Source: Octopus sinensis
Taxonomy: Eukaryota
Reading direction: 5' to 3'
DNA length: 64,000 nucleotides
NCBI RefSeq assembly: GCF_006345805.1
Contig: NC_043006.1
Span: 58,032,001 to 58,096,000, forward strand
Shown: in pieces, positions 49,310-62,952 of the stretch
How positions within the stretch are numbered: position 1 is the stretch's first letter
Layout: each line of letters begins with the position of its first letter
The notes under the pieces: generated by a model
What the model saw: only the letters and a program-made list of their open reading frames with translations
Databases searched by the model: none
What the model was told of the DNA's origin: nothing
Program-made: the position numbers and the translations under genes

Positions 49310-50200
49310 ATACATACATACATACATACATACATACATACATTCATACATACACACATACATACATACATACATTCATACATACATACATTATAATACA
49401 TACATCATACATACATACATACATCATACATACATACATAAATTCATACATACATACATACTACATACATTCATACATACATACATACTACATACATGCA
49501 TACATACATACATACATTCATACATACATAATACTAACACACACATACATACGACATACATACAACAACATACATACAGTACCATACATTCACATACATA
49601 CTACATACATACATACATACATACATACATACACACACACATACTTACTACATACATACATTCATGACAAAACATACATACACATACATACATACATACA
49701 TGCATACATACATGCATACATACATACATACATACATTCATACATACATACATACACACACATACATACATACATGCATACATACATACTAACACACACA
49801 TACATACATACATATTAACACACACATACATACATACATACATACTAACACACATACATACATACACACACATACATACATACATACATACTAACACACA
49901 CACACACATACATACATACATACTAACACACGCACATACATACATACATACATTCATACATACATACATACATACATACTAACACACATACATACATACA
50001 TATATACAATACATACATACATACATACATACATTCATGCATACATACATTCATACATACATACATACATACATACTAACACACACACATACATACATGC
50101 ATACATTCATACATACACACACACACACATACATACATACATACATACTAAACACACACACATACATACATACATTCATACATACATACATACATACATA
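49310..50200 (+). repeat. Long degenerate (TACA)n microsatellite
   Basis: Seen directly. Confidence 0.95.
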
Positions 50201-50229
50201 TTTGTGTGTTAGTGTGTGTGTGTGTAAAC

Positions 50230-50522
50230 TGGGACTCCGTCGGTTGATCTAATCACTGGCACAGCCTGCACGAGTAATTAACGTGCAAGTGTTTGAGCAC
50301 TCCACATACACCCATACTCTTAACGTAGTTCTGAGGGAGATTCATCCTGACACAGAATGTGACGAGGTTGGCCTTTGAAATGCAGGTACTATTCAATTTT
50401 GCTAGCTGAGTGGGCTGGAGCAATGTGAAACAAAATGTCATGCTCAGGGACATAACACATTGCCGAGAATTGAACTCACGACCTTACGATCGTGAGCTTA
50501 ATACCAAACCATTAAGCCACGT
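50230..50522 (-). mobile_element. Degenerate SINE (CORE-like central module plus tail X)
   Basis: Collinear with 17776-18097. Confidence 0.75.
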
Positions 50523-50592
50523 TGTATATATATATATATATTATATATATATGTGTGTGTGTATATATAGTCTGTGTATATATATTATATAT

Positions 50593-50639
<47 letters not shown>

Positions 50640-50644
<5 letters not shown>

Positions 50645-50935
50645 AAAAGAAAACAAGGACGGGTCATTCGGAGTTTTCTTTCCTCAGTCGATTTCCAGAT
50701 TATCCTTGCAATTTTGGCAGGTTATACTCGAGATTGCTCCAATCTGGCCATCCCCAAGGAAAAACTAAGCTAAGAGCATTAGATTCCTTGGAAGGAAGCA
50801 GCGAATGTATACAAAAACAAGGACGAAAAACAAGCGGACAATGTTAAAATGATAACAGGACTTAACAACAGGTGTCTTTCGACTAAGGACGAAGTGAATT
50901 ACACATGACGTGTGTGGAAACAAGGCCTTACTGCA
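50640..50935 (-). repeat. Solo copy of repeat A of the 25268-27070 array
   Basis: The reverse complement matches about 25990-26290, including TAAGGCC...CCTTAGTCGAAAGACACCTGTTG. Confidence 0.85.
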
Positions 50936-51039
50936 GGAATATATGTAAATATATATAAATAATTGTTAAAATATTGAATGTTAGAAACACAAACTCGGGA
51001 TAGTGTTAGTGCAAAAATTCAATTACTCTTTACGCTCAA

Positions 51040-51790
51040 CTTTGCTTTCACTCTTCCGAGGTCCATTAAATGGTAAATCAGTCTAGTACAAGGAATCAAC
51101 TAACCCCGCTCCCATTAGAATTGTTGGTTTTGTGCCAAACTTTGAAGCAATATAAAGTTGGTGATCTTTACGTTCTGAGTTCAAATTCTGCCGAGGTCGA
51201 CTTTGCCTCTTATCCTTTTGGGGTCGATAAAAATAAATAACAGCTAAACATTGGGGTCGATGAAATCGACCTATCACCTCCCCCGAAATTACTGGCGTTG
51301 TGCTAAAATCTGAAATTATTATAAAGATGGTGAGCAAAATCGTTAGCACCTTAGACAAAAAGCATAGCGGCAATTCTTCCTATTACAGTAATCCCTCGAC
51401 TATTGCGAAAATCCTGTAATAGACGAAAATCCGTGAAGTAAAAACAGTACTGAACTGTATATTTTTTTTTATTTTGATAGTTTGTATATATTTATTTTAT
51501 TATAAATGCAAAACAACACCACGAAGGAATCGACGTCAGTTTAAATAATAAACCGCGATAGGTGAACCGCGATAGGTGAACCGCGATAGGTGAACCGCGA
51601 TAGGTGAACCGCGATAGGTAAACTACGATATGGTGACGGATTACTGTATTTACGTTTTAAGTTCAAATTCTGCCGAGTCCATCTTTGTTTTTCATCTCTT
51701 TTTGGTCCATAAAACAAAAAGCAATGGAACACTAGAATCGATATAATTGACTGACTCCACCTACTCACAAAATTGCTGGCCTTGTGCCAA
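51040..51790 (+). mobile_element. Cluster of degenerate SINE family B copies
   Basis: Repeated GTTCTGAGTTCAAATTCTGCCGAG-type segments at about 51170 and 51655. Confidence 0.7.
51386..51646. mobile_element. Tc1/mariner-pogo-type MITE with TA TSD and internal 14-bp tandem array
   Basis: TA|CAGTAATCC ... GGATTACTG|TA; five AACCGCGATAGGT(G/A) units at 51551-51620. Confidence 0.8.
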
Positions 51791-51848
51791 AATTACGTAC
51801 ATACTTACATACATACATATATATGTGTGTGTATGTGTGTGTGTGTAT

Positions 51849-51881
<33 letters not shown>

Positions 51882-51899
51882 GTGTACATGCATATATGG

Positions 51900-52400
51900 G
51901 TACAGACATAAAAAAAAACCAGGACAGAATGAGAAATGAGAACATAAAAAACAAAAACAGAAAACGAACATTTTTCGAACAACGAAAAAAAAACAAACAG
52001 AGAAAGGAAACATGCAACATAAAGAACATTCCCTTCATCAGTTGTCTCCTGTTTTATCTACCCCGCGTTCCGAAGGTAAGAACAAGACGCGACTTCGTTA
52101 AAAAAAATTGGGTATTTTTTGCGGAGGGAGAAAGTGGTAACAAAAACAGGACTGGGAGACCAAAACAGTAAAAACAAACGGCTGTTAAGCCAAGACGATG
52201 TTAAGTGGTGACCGCTGGAAAAACGAGCTCTGAGAAGAGACAGATAAAAGCACGTCTTGTCTTTAGGACGGAAGTGGAAGAATGGCCGTTGGTCACGTGT
52301 GAGCAACGAGAGAGTCAAGGAAGAAGAGTGAGAGAGAGAGGGGGGACCGGTGAAAGGGAGAGAAGAAGAATATACATACTTGTGTGTATTTATACATACA
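51900..52400 (-). repeat. Non-coding PLE-like repeat family (homologous to 57720-58140)
   Basis: Shared CCCTTCATCAGTTGTC...TATCTAC segment and GGTCACGTG motif. Confidence 0.6.
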
Positions 52401-53348
52401 TTAGCAAAGAGGTCAGTCAAACTGCTAGAAATATCAACCAAACTCCGCTGCTACCGTCTTAAAAATGCAAATCTGCATTGAGTAATGTAGTAGTGTAAAT
52501 AAAGACCTGATGATCACCCTTGGAATGTATTTGATTTTACATTTCAGTTCGATGTTTGTGTAAAATATGTTCCGTGAAGGCCATGATGGTGTTTATCCCC
52601 AGGATTATCTTGATCGAGGTGACCTTTAGCCAGAGCATTCTAGTCCTGATCATACCATCATACATTTTACATTAGCAAACGTGTTGTCGTCTTTATTTTG
52701 ATGATGGCAACGTATTATTTGAGTGAGATTTAGCTGTACTTTCTAGCATTCGAGTAGCCACATTCCACGGGCAGTGGGCGTAAACTAGATATGAGCAACC
52801 TCAAGAAGCGGTCCACATGAGACATGGCTCATCATAAGGTGAGCCGCACCACTATAAATTTTCCGTTGGCTAACCATTCGTAAAGTCCCACGGGCCGCAG
52901 TTTGGTCATGGCCGACTAAAACAATAGCACCTATCAACAATCGGTGTTAATGACGTTTCGTTATCGTTTTTACAGTACATCTGTTCTTTTCTCATACAAA
53001 AATGGTACAGCATATTTTTTTTTAATCGATATTTTCCATCAAGAACAGAATGTTTGTTTGTTTCCATCTTTCTCAATTAAGATTTCCGATAATATTTGAA
53101 GTGTTTGTCTAATCAACGAGTAAATTCAATATTTAATCTCTAACATTTGATGAAAATAATGTTGGTTAATGTCAGCAAAAGTCATTACTGGATTACAAGG
53201 AAATGTATAGCATTCATAATTTACTAGCGCTAAGCGCGCGCACACACGCACAGAGACGTGCACCTATACATATACATACATACAACATGCATACATACAT
53301 ACATACATAAACTATAATATATATATATATATAATATATATATATTAG

Positions 53349-53383
<35 letters not shown>

Positions 53384-53419
53384 TATAAATATTAAAAGTT
53401 TTAAGTCTCTCTAAAGGAG

Positions 53420-53590
53420 ACTACGGTCAGCGGTACTGGATATTAATAATTATCGCCAAGCTAATATGGCAGTCCAGAAATATAGGACGAATGCCGCCGT
53501 TGATTACCTCCAAGAGGCCATCGCCTCTAGCTAGCTATGCGGCACACGAAGCTGAAAGCTTTGTGACACACAGGTTCGTGTGAAATGCAA
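53420..53590 (+). repeat. Repeat distantly homologous to the 15802-16140 insertion
   Basis: CCAAGAG.....CG.CTCTAGC and ATGGC...CC..GG segments shared. Confidence 0.45.
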
Positions 53591-53820
53591 GATAATATGA
53601 CGGATTTTGAGTATGAATATTATGGATCATTGCAGTAGAATAACCAAGGAAATATATATGGATTTAAAGACTCTCATCAAAAGTAGTAATTAATACTTTT
53701 TATTTTACATTTCAGACAAACACTACTTTACAAACATCTTTCTACAAACACCATTTTACAATTTTAATTCAAATTTTAAAAAAAATATCATTCGATGCAT
53801 TATACAATATTCATATTTTA

Positions 53821-53912
53821 TATCCCTGAAGAGCAGAAGGGTTGTCTATAAGTGCTTATCAATATAGGACTTCATTATAGGGACAACCCTTTTGCGAAAC
53901 GATCGCAAGATG
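53821..53912 (+). ncRNA. Type I hammerhead motif with long stem II and a lesion at U16.1
   Basis: TATCC CTGAAGA GCAGAAGGGTTGTC...GACAACCCTTTTGC GAA ACGATCGC A AGATG: 14-bp stem II, stem III one change from palindromic ACGATCGT. Confidence 0.75.
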
Positions 53913-54217
53913 CTTAAAAACTTAATTCAAAACATTTAAACTTTCAAGCTTATTTATGCATCATATTTATATTTTTAATATTTATTTATCTATTTATATA
54001 TATTTTTAATACGTAAAGTCTTTCATATGGGTATATCTTTGTGAAAAATTCGATATTGATTTCCTTATATTAATAATAATGATATATTATTAAAAAATAT
54101 ACGTATATATCGCTCATATTAAATACATAAATACTTTAATAGTATTATATTATTTTATACAAGGAGCCTAATATAATTCAGTATTTATTTCTTACTGAAA
54201 ACATTTGCCTAATGATT

Positions 54218-54219
<2 letters not shown>

Positions 54220-54315
<96 letters not shown>

Positions 54316-54368
54316 TATATACATCTATATATATATATAATATATCTATATTATATATATATATATAC

Positions 54369-54399
<31 letters not shown>

Positions 54400-54800
54400 C
54401 CTATATACATATATATATCTATATATATATATATTATATATATATACATATATATATATATACATATATATATATACATATATATATATATAATATATAT
54501 CTATACATACATATTATACATATATATATATACTATATACCTATATACATATATATATAGACATATATATATAATATATATATATATATATACTATATAT
54601 ATATTGACATAATATATATATTACATATATATATACATATATGATATACATAAACATATATACATATACACATCTATACATATACATATATACATACTAT
54701 ACATATATACATATACATATATACATATACATATATACATATGCATTATACATATACATAAATACATATACATATATACATACATACATACACACATACA
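54220..54800. repeat. Long (TA)n/(TACA)n microsatellite
   Basis: Seen directly. Confidence 0.95.
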
Positions 54801-54804
54801 TATA

Positions 54805-55598
54805 CTCTTTACTCTTTACTCTTTACTCTTTTACTTGTTTCAATCATTTGACTGCGGCCGTGCTGGAGCACCGCCTTTAATCGAGCAACTCGACCCCGGG
54901 ACTTATTCTTTTGTAAGCCCAGTACTTATTCTATCGGTCTCTTTTGCCGAACCGCTAAGTGATGGGGACATAAACACACCAGCATCGGTTGTCAAGCAAT
55001 GCTAGGGGGACAAACACAGACACACAAACACGCATATATATACTTTGATACTTTGATAGGTTTCGGCCATTATTGGCCCAGGCCATGTCTAACTTAATAG
55101 CACCACCTGGTGAAGTCTTTCAAGTCAGAATTTTGGCACTATGGCCCACTCAAGTAGAGAGTTATTGTTTACAGAGACATATCCGGGTGTAGGGGGTTTA
55201 TCCGGGATTTCTTGAAGGAATCTGTCCAAAGACTTCTTGAACCCTATAGGGTCAGTTTCTGTTTTAAATGTTTTGGTGTAATGTTAAAGAGAGCGGGGCC
55301 AATTGAGGTGAAATAATTGTGCCGTATTGTTGTTATGAGAGAGAGTGCGATTTGTTTTGGGCGGATGGCACGGGGCCCAAGCCTTGGATGTACCTTAAAG
55401 GTGATGCCAACATCATTTGGGCAATGCTGATGGAATATATATACATATATATACATATATACGACGGGCTTCATTCAGTTTCCGTCTACCAAATCCACTC
55501 ACAAGGCTTTGGTCGGCCCGAGGCTATAGTAGAAGACACTTGCCCGGAACCATGTGGTTGGTAAACAAGCTACTTACCACACAGCCACTCCTGCGCCT
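54805..55598 (-). mobile_element. SINE family A copy split by a CR1-like insertion (parts 54805-55040 and about 55430-55598)
   Basis: The two halves together are collinear with 2058-2473. Confidence 0.85.
55042..55430 (-). mobile_element. CR1/L2-like LINE 3' end with (TATCAAAG)n-type tail
   Basis: HPRLGPRA...NYFTSIGPALFNITPK...FKKSLDRFLQEIPDKP on the minus strand. Confidence 0.75.
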
Positions 55599-55612
55599 AT
55601 ATATATATAATA

Positions 55613-55654
<42 letters not shown>

Positions 55655-55655
<1 letters not shown>

Positions 55656-56045
55656 GGAAGATCCTGCAGGAATTGTGCCAAAATTTGGGCATTGAAAGCT
55701 ACACCAAAGCCAGAACGGGGTGACACTGCATAGTGACAAAGATCCCAGCAGTGCCATTGCGCTTCAGGACCAGTTACTGCAACAGCCTGGGTTTCAGGAA
55801 CCCAGTTTTTTAATATTCTCCCAAGGAGCCTGTGGAACGTGCACAAAGTAGATGTAGGCGGTTTCAAATCAAAACTGGAACTCTTCCTGCCGAGAGTCCC
55901 AGATGAACCTACCATACGGCAAGAGGTGCCAATGAGGGTAGCTACATCAAACTCCATTCTTCATCATATTAGAGGAGGCTCTCAGTAATAACAGTATAAG
56001 AAAACGGCGGTGCTCCAGCATGGCTACAGCTCTGAGCTGAAGCTA
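55655..56045 (+). mobile_element. Second CR1/L2-like LINE 3' fragment
   Basis: RTSYCNSLGF...NILPRSL...FKSKLELFLPRVPDEP...SNSILHH. Confidence 0.7.
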
Positions 56046-56049
56046 CACA

Positions 56050-56950
<901 letters not shown>

Positions 56951-57629
56951 CATAGTTTGTATATAATATATTACAGTTATATTGAAACAGGTGATATGGG
57001 AAAGTGCAGCATTGACAACAAAACATTTCTAAATGGTGGGCTATATGTTGGTTGAAAAATGTTCAAAGGCTTGGAAGTAGATTTCTCTATTGAAGTAAAG
57101 TGCAAGGTGAACTAAATGTTCAAACTATACAGACTGGTATAAATCACTTATATGAGCTAAAGGTATGTTTCTGACAGTGCTTACATTTCTAAGATCGTTT
57201 TATAAGTGTGTTAACAAGGTGATTCTTAGAGAAGAGTATATGGAAGAGTTCTGAGTTGCAAATGTTACAAAATCCTTTGCACTTTGTCCTCAGAGACCAA
57301 AACTATGTTGTTGTTATTATTATGGTTGTTGTTGTTATTGTTGATGATGATGATGTTGAGATAGGTTCTCTTTCTTTCTTGATTAGAAGGTTACATTATT
57401 TTACACTGTTTGTTCCTTTGGAATAATAACCAATATTGTCTTCGAAACATAAGTCAAAATAAAAAGAATTTGAATAACACCTGCGTTCAACTCCATTTAT
57501 TTACTTATACTATACAATTTACTGCATATTACCCGGAGTTTCTATCTTTGAATAGGTCGCTACATCCTTGCCTGAATTTTACTACCCTGGTAACTGTTTA
57601 TTGAATTTTCCGTGTTAACTGTAACAAAA

Positions 57630-57645
57630 GATAATTCATTCATCC

Positions 57646-57699
<54 letters not shown>

Positions 57700-57718
57700 A
57701 ATGGATGAATGAATTATC
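57630..57718. repeat. Palindrome centred on (TA)n
   Basis: GATAATTCATTCATCCATTTA (57630-57650) and TAAATGGATGAATGAATTATC (57698-57718). Confidence 0.9.
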
Positions 57719-57719
57719 A

Positions 57720-58140
57720 CCAACTGTGAAAACAACATAAAATGCGTAAAAACAGGACAGGGCAAGTAAACACAGAGAAAGGGCCCTTCATCAGTTGTCA
57801 GCTGTCTATCTACTCCTCATTTCGAGCATTCAACGGCAATATGAGTCTTTAAAGACAGTTGCTCCCATAAATTCTAAACTAAAATTTAGGATTTATGGAG
57901 GGTCAGAGTTGGGAACAAAAACAGGACAGTGGAGACATAGAAGGAAACCGAACGAAAACAAACATGGAGGGTCGTTAGACCAGAATGAGAGGAAAACGGC
58001 GAACGCTGGGAGAAACATCTTCTTTGAAAAGTGAAAAGATAGAAGAGACAGAAATAAAACGTCCAGTCTTTTGAACGTTCGTACAGGAAAAGAAAGATGG
58101 TCACGTGCGGAAAAGAAAAACGGTCACGTGTGAACAACGA
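57720..58140 (-). repeat. Non-coding PLE-like repeat (family of 51900-52400)
   Basis: Shared segments as above; two GGTCACGTG motifs. Confidence 0.6.
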
Positions 58141-58228
58141 GAGAGAGAGAGAAAAATATGAAGAGAGAGAGAGAGAAAAAGAGGAAGAGGGAGAGAAAGA
58201 AATAGAGGAAGAGAGAGAGAAAATAAGA

Positions 58229-58272
<44 letters not shown>

Positions 58273-58275
<3 letters not shown>

Positions 58276-58873
58276 GTGGGAACACAAACACAAACCACCC
58301 CCAGTGCTTGAAAATGACCACATCTCACTCCTCTGGAACTTCACCATTCAAACTGACAGAAAGATAGATGCAAATAGGCAGACATCATATTGAAAGACTT
58401 CAGACAAAGAACATGCCTCCTCATTGATATGACTGTCCCAATCGATATAACGTATCTGTCAAGACCTACCAAAAACTGAGCAAATATAAAGATCTTGAAA
58501 TAGAAATCAACAAAATGTGGAACCTGAAACAAAACAATACCTGTTGTCATAGGTGCCCTGGGAATGATAGCGAAAGGGGCTGATTGTCACCTAACTCAGA
58601 TACCAGGAAACCCCAAAATGGCAGAAATTCAAAAGATAGTGCTCATGGGAACTGCTCATATCCTACGCAAAATACTCTCTATGTAATCCCAAGGTTTAAA
58701 ACAAATTTTTTTTTAAATTTATTTTTTTATTTTTTTATTTTTATGTATTAGACATTCACTAGTACAACCCCCCCCCAAATATATGGCACAGAACTTCCAA
58801 CCTGTTGTCTCTTGAGGTCTCTGGGTGAGACTTGGAGCCAACTTGTACAGACATAAAGCAAAAGTCAAACATA

Positions 58874-58924
<51 letters not shown>

Positions 58925-59762
58925 GGGTTTATCATAGCAGCTCAAGATCAATGCCTACCAACAAGAAACTACCAGGCCAACATATTAAAGAACGGCAGTA
59001 GCCCAACATGTCGTGTATGTCAACAACAAAATGAAACCATTGATCATGTTGTCTCCAAGTGAAGTCTTCTAGCGCCTACAGAGTATCTCAACAGGCACGA
59101 AAGAGCTGCACAATATATTCACTGGGTAATTTGCAGAAACCTGGATTTGCCCCATGAAAAAAACTGGTGGGAACACAAACCACCCCAGTGCTTGAAAATG
59201 ACCACATCTCACTCCTCTGGAACTTCACCATTCAAACTGACAGAAAGATAGATGCAAATATGCCAGACATCATATTGAAAGACTTCAGACAAAGAACATG
59301 CCTCCTCATTGATATGACTGTCCCAATCGATATAAACGTATCTGTCAAGACCTACCAAAAACTGAGCAAATATAAATATCTTGAAATAGAAATCAACAAA
59401 ATGTGGAACCTGAAAACCAAAACAATACCTGTTGTCATAGGTGCCCTGGGAATGATAGCGAAAGGGGCTGATTGTCACCTAACTCAGATACCAGGAAACC
59501 CCAAAATGGCAGAAATTCAAAAGATAGTGCTCATGGGAACTGCTCATATCCTACGCAAAATACTTTCTATGTAATCTCAGGGTTTAAAACAAACATCATT
59601 TTCGTTTTTTTTTTGACATTCACTAGTACAACACCAAAAAAACCCCAAATATATGGCACACTAGGCATAACAACAACATGAACATCCAACCTGTTGCCTC
59701 TTGAGGTCTCTGGGTGAGACTTGGAGCCAACTTGTACAAATATAAAGCAAAAGTCAAACATA

Positions 59763-59818
<56 letters not shown>

Positions 59819-59829
59819 TAATGATGATG

Positions 59830-59887
<58 letters not shown>

Positions 59888-59900
59888 CAACAACAACATC
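58273..59900 (+). mobile_element. Two head-to-tail 5'-truncated R4/Dong-type LINE copies, each followed by (AAT)n
   Basis: Copy 1 at 58273-58872 and copy 2 at 58923-59763. GFIIAAQDQ...CRVC...TIDHVVS and WNFTIQTDRKIDANMPDII...IDMTVP...VVIGALG; shared 3' UTR ending GTCAAACATAG. Confidence 0.92.
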
Positions 59901-59904
59901 GAAA

Positions 59905-61085
59905 AATACCTTAGGAATATATGTCAGGTATCGATCTTCTGGCCGCCTCTTTAATTTGCACCGATTTGCTGCACCGGGAAATCTATAAGTGGAACCAGCT
60001 ATCATGGTTGAAGGAACAATACTGAAAGTGGTAGACAAAGTTGTCCACCTGGGAAGGCACTCTCAGCCGTTCTTGTTCTCAGGATTATGAAATATCTTTC
60101 AGGCTACAGAGAGCAACTGATTCCTTCCGGTCTCTTGAGTCTCGTGTTTGGTTCCAACATGGCTTCACAAGGCGAACAAAAATTGCCGTGTACCGTGCAA
60201 GTGCACTGACATCGCTCCTTTACTCGTGTGATACATGAACCCTTTTACAAACTTTATGCAAAGGTCGTTGAACGCTTCCATCAGAGATGTCTGAGACACA
60301 TTCTGAATGTTGGCTAGACATCAAAAACTCCAGACACACGGGTCTTGAAGAAAGCTAATATCTTGATTATTTCTACTCTAGGCAGAAGGCCTGAAATTTT
60401 GGGGGAGGGGCCAGTCAATTAGATCGACCCCACTACGCAACTGGCACTTAATTTATCGACCTTGAATGGATGAAAGGTAAAGTCGACCTCGGCAGATTTG
60501 AACACAGAACGTAAAGACAGACGAAATACCGCTAAGCATTTCGCCCGGCGAGCTAACATTTCTGCCAGATCGCCACCTGTGATATGTTGAATATTGAGGC
60601 GATGGTGCACAAGCACCGGTTACATTGGACTGGACACCTTATCAGAATGAAGGATAGCAGGATCCATAAACAGATGCTATATGAGGAACTTGTTAGTGGA
60701 AAGAGACCCTGACAGAAACCAGGCAGCGATTTAAGGACTATGTCAAGTCCTCATTAAATGCCTGTGATATGCAGGAGACCAACTGGGAGAGCAATGCCTG
60801 TCATTGTCACAGATGGAGGAAGTAGGTTAAAGAGTGGGGTCGACATTTTTGAAAGAGCATGTATTCTTCATGAAGAAATTAAGCGTGCTGCTCAAAAGCG
60901 CACTACTAGCGTAGTGAATGGAGAAAGTTTGGTTTGCAATGTTTGCAGTCGTGTATGTTTGTCAAGAGCAGGGCTCTTTAGCCACCAACGGAGCCGAAAA
61001 TACAAAATATAAGTTAGTCTTAGAGAGCACAATGTTCCTAAAGGTCAGCAATGGTCTTCCGCAATCACGAGTGGACGGCCGTCAT
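59905..61085 (+). mobile_element. RTE LINE 3' fragment (same family as 43655-47915) with SINE-B insertion
   Basis: Collinear with about 46815-47915, with internal deletion. Confidence 0.9.
60366..60577 (-). mobile_element. SINE family B inserted in the RTE fragment
   Basis: Reverse complement of the 6459-type sequence; degenerate flanking duplication (ATATCTTGA / ATATGTTGA). Confidence 0.85.
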
Positions 61086-61094
61086 ATATATATA

Positions 61095-61270
61095 TGTGTG
61101 TGTGTGTGTTATCCACTACCGCTTGACAACCGGTTTTGTTGTGTTTACGACCATATAATTAGCGGTTCGGCAAAATAGATCGATAGAATAAGTACCAGGC
61201 TTTAAAAATTCTTCAAAGCGATGCCCCAGCATGGCCGCAGTCTGATGACTGGAACAAGTAGAACGTATAA
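61095..61270 (+). mobile_element. SINE family A-related 3' half
   Basis: GCTTGACAACCG...GCGGTTCGGCAAAA...CCAGCATGGCCGCAGTC is the reverse complement of the family A segment. Confidence 0.75.
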
Positions 61271-62129
61271 GACAAAGCATACAAAATTTAATCTGTGTAG
61301 AAAAAAATTTTAAGCAACTAAGTACTCTACTACTCAAACGGAAAACATCCTCCAAGAGACGAGATGGTCATAAGTGGAATGCTTTTTTCATCAAGATTAC
61401 ATTCACTTGATCAAAGCTAGTTAAATGATGTCTACGATGACAACGACATCACCAGCTACGATATACGTGGGTTGATGTGGAGTGTTTTGCAAGATAATTT
61501 GACGTACATCAAAATGTCATATCAATTATATCTTCGTTTCTTCGTTCTTCACTTAGTCAGTCGGTGTTGTCGTTCTTGTATATATTTGTTTAGCTTTTTT
61601 CTCCTTATAAAAAACGCAGACCAGCTTTTTTTTTATTTTCTTTTATTTTCTTTCTTTACATTTGAATAAATTGTGCAGATACAAAGAAACGTTAAGGAAA
61701 ATGACAAGATCAAAAAAAAAAAAAATGAAAGAAAATAATGTAAAAATTGTGAGATAAAATAAATGCAATATAGAATAAGCAAACGTAGTACGAATAACAA
61801 GAAAATATATATAATATCAATGACAGAGAGAAAAATTTTTAATAAAACGAACTCGTTGCTACATGTGCGAGGACGGACTTCTTTACTGCTTGATTGTCGT
61901 TTTAGAGAGAACATAGAACAGTGATTCGATACTTAAGGATGTAATAAATGGGATAGATATACACCATGGTAACATGGTGATATATATTTACTCTATAAAT
62001 TTATTTATATCACTTTGATATTATCTGTCCAATACGTGTATACTAATGTTTGTAACCATTCCTTCCTCTCTTTGTTTGCGTGTGCGCATGTGTGGGGACG
62101 AGAGTGGCTGGATGTATGTATGTAGATAA

Positions 62130-62182
<53 letters not shown>

Positions 62183-62250
62183 GATAGCTAGCTAGCTAGA
62201 TAGATAGATAGATAGATAGAGATAGCTAGCTAGCTAGCTAGCTAGCTAGC

Positions 62251-62321
<71 letters not shown>

Positions 62322-62411
62322 ATAGAAACACACACTATAATACTAACCTGCATATACACACACATACAATCATACACGCACAAACACACACGCACACAAA
62401 ATGTAATACGT

Positions 62412-62423
62412 AGCGCATGCGCT
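62412..62423. promoter_or_regulatory. NRF1/EWG-like palindromic site
   Basis: AGCGCATGCGCT contains the GCGCATGCGC core; no transcription start evidence. Confidence 0.25.
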
Positions 62424-62952
62424 CGAAGCCTTCTCCTCGAAGATCTAATCTAGTTAAAATATATCAACTAGAGGCTCGAGATAGTAGCTGTAATTTGTGT
62501 TGAAGAGAGGCTTTGGAAATTCTTAAATGTAGGTCTAGTTTAATTAATGAGCATAACGAGTTACTAATCCGTTACTCAAACTTACTTAATAAAACTTTCT
62601 TAAAATTTCCAAGAAAAAATCCACATAGCTAGTTTACCTTGATTCAACAAATATTAATGGTAACGTTCGTATCTTATTAATTCTACCCCGTCGCTTGAAT
62701 TATTTGTTGTGTAACCCGCCAATCACTCATTTCGTAACTAATGTATCTAATTTTTATCCTTTATTAATGTATCTAATTGACTTCAGATTTATTTGGAGAC
62801 GACCCGATATTATCTAGAACTATTTAAAACTAATGTCCGGGGTCAGCACTAATTTATTCTTTGCTTCTATTCCGATGAACAAACGCTGGTCAATTAATTT
62901 ATTATTGAATAGATTTACATAATTTCTTTTAATGTACAAATTAATGTGTAAA

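Noticed and set aside
51551-51620. Regular short repeats resembling a CRISPR array
   Set aside because: They are contiguous 14-bp units with no spacers, inside a eukaryotic MITE, with no cas genes.
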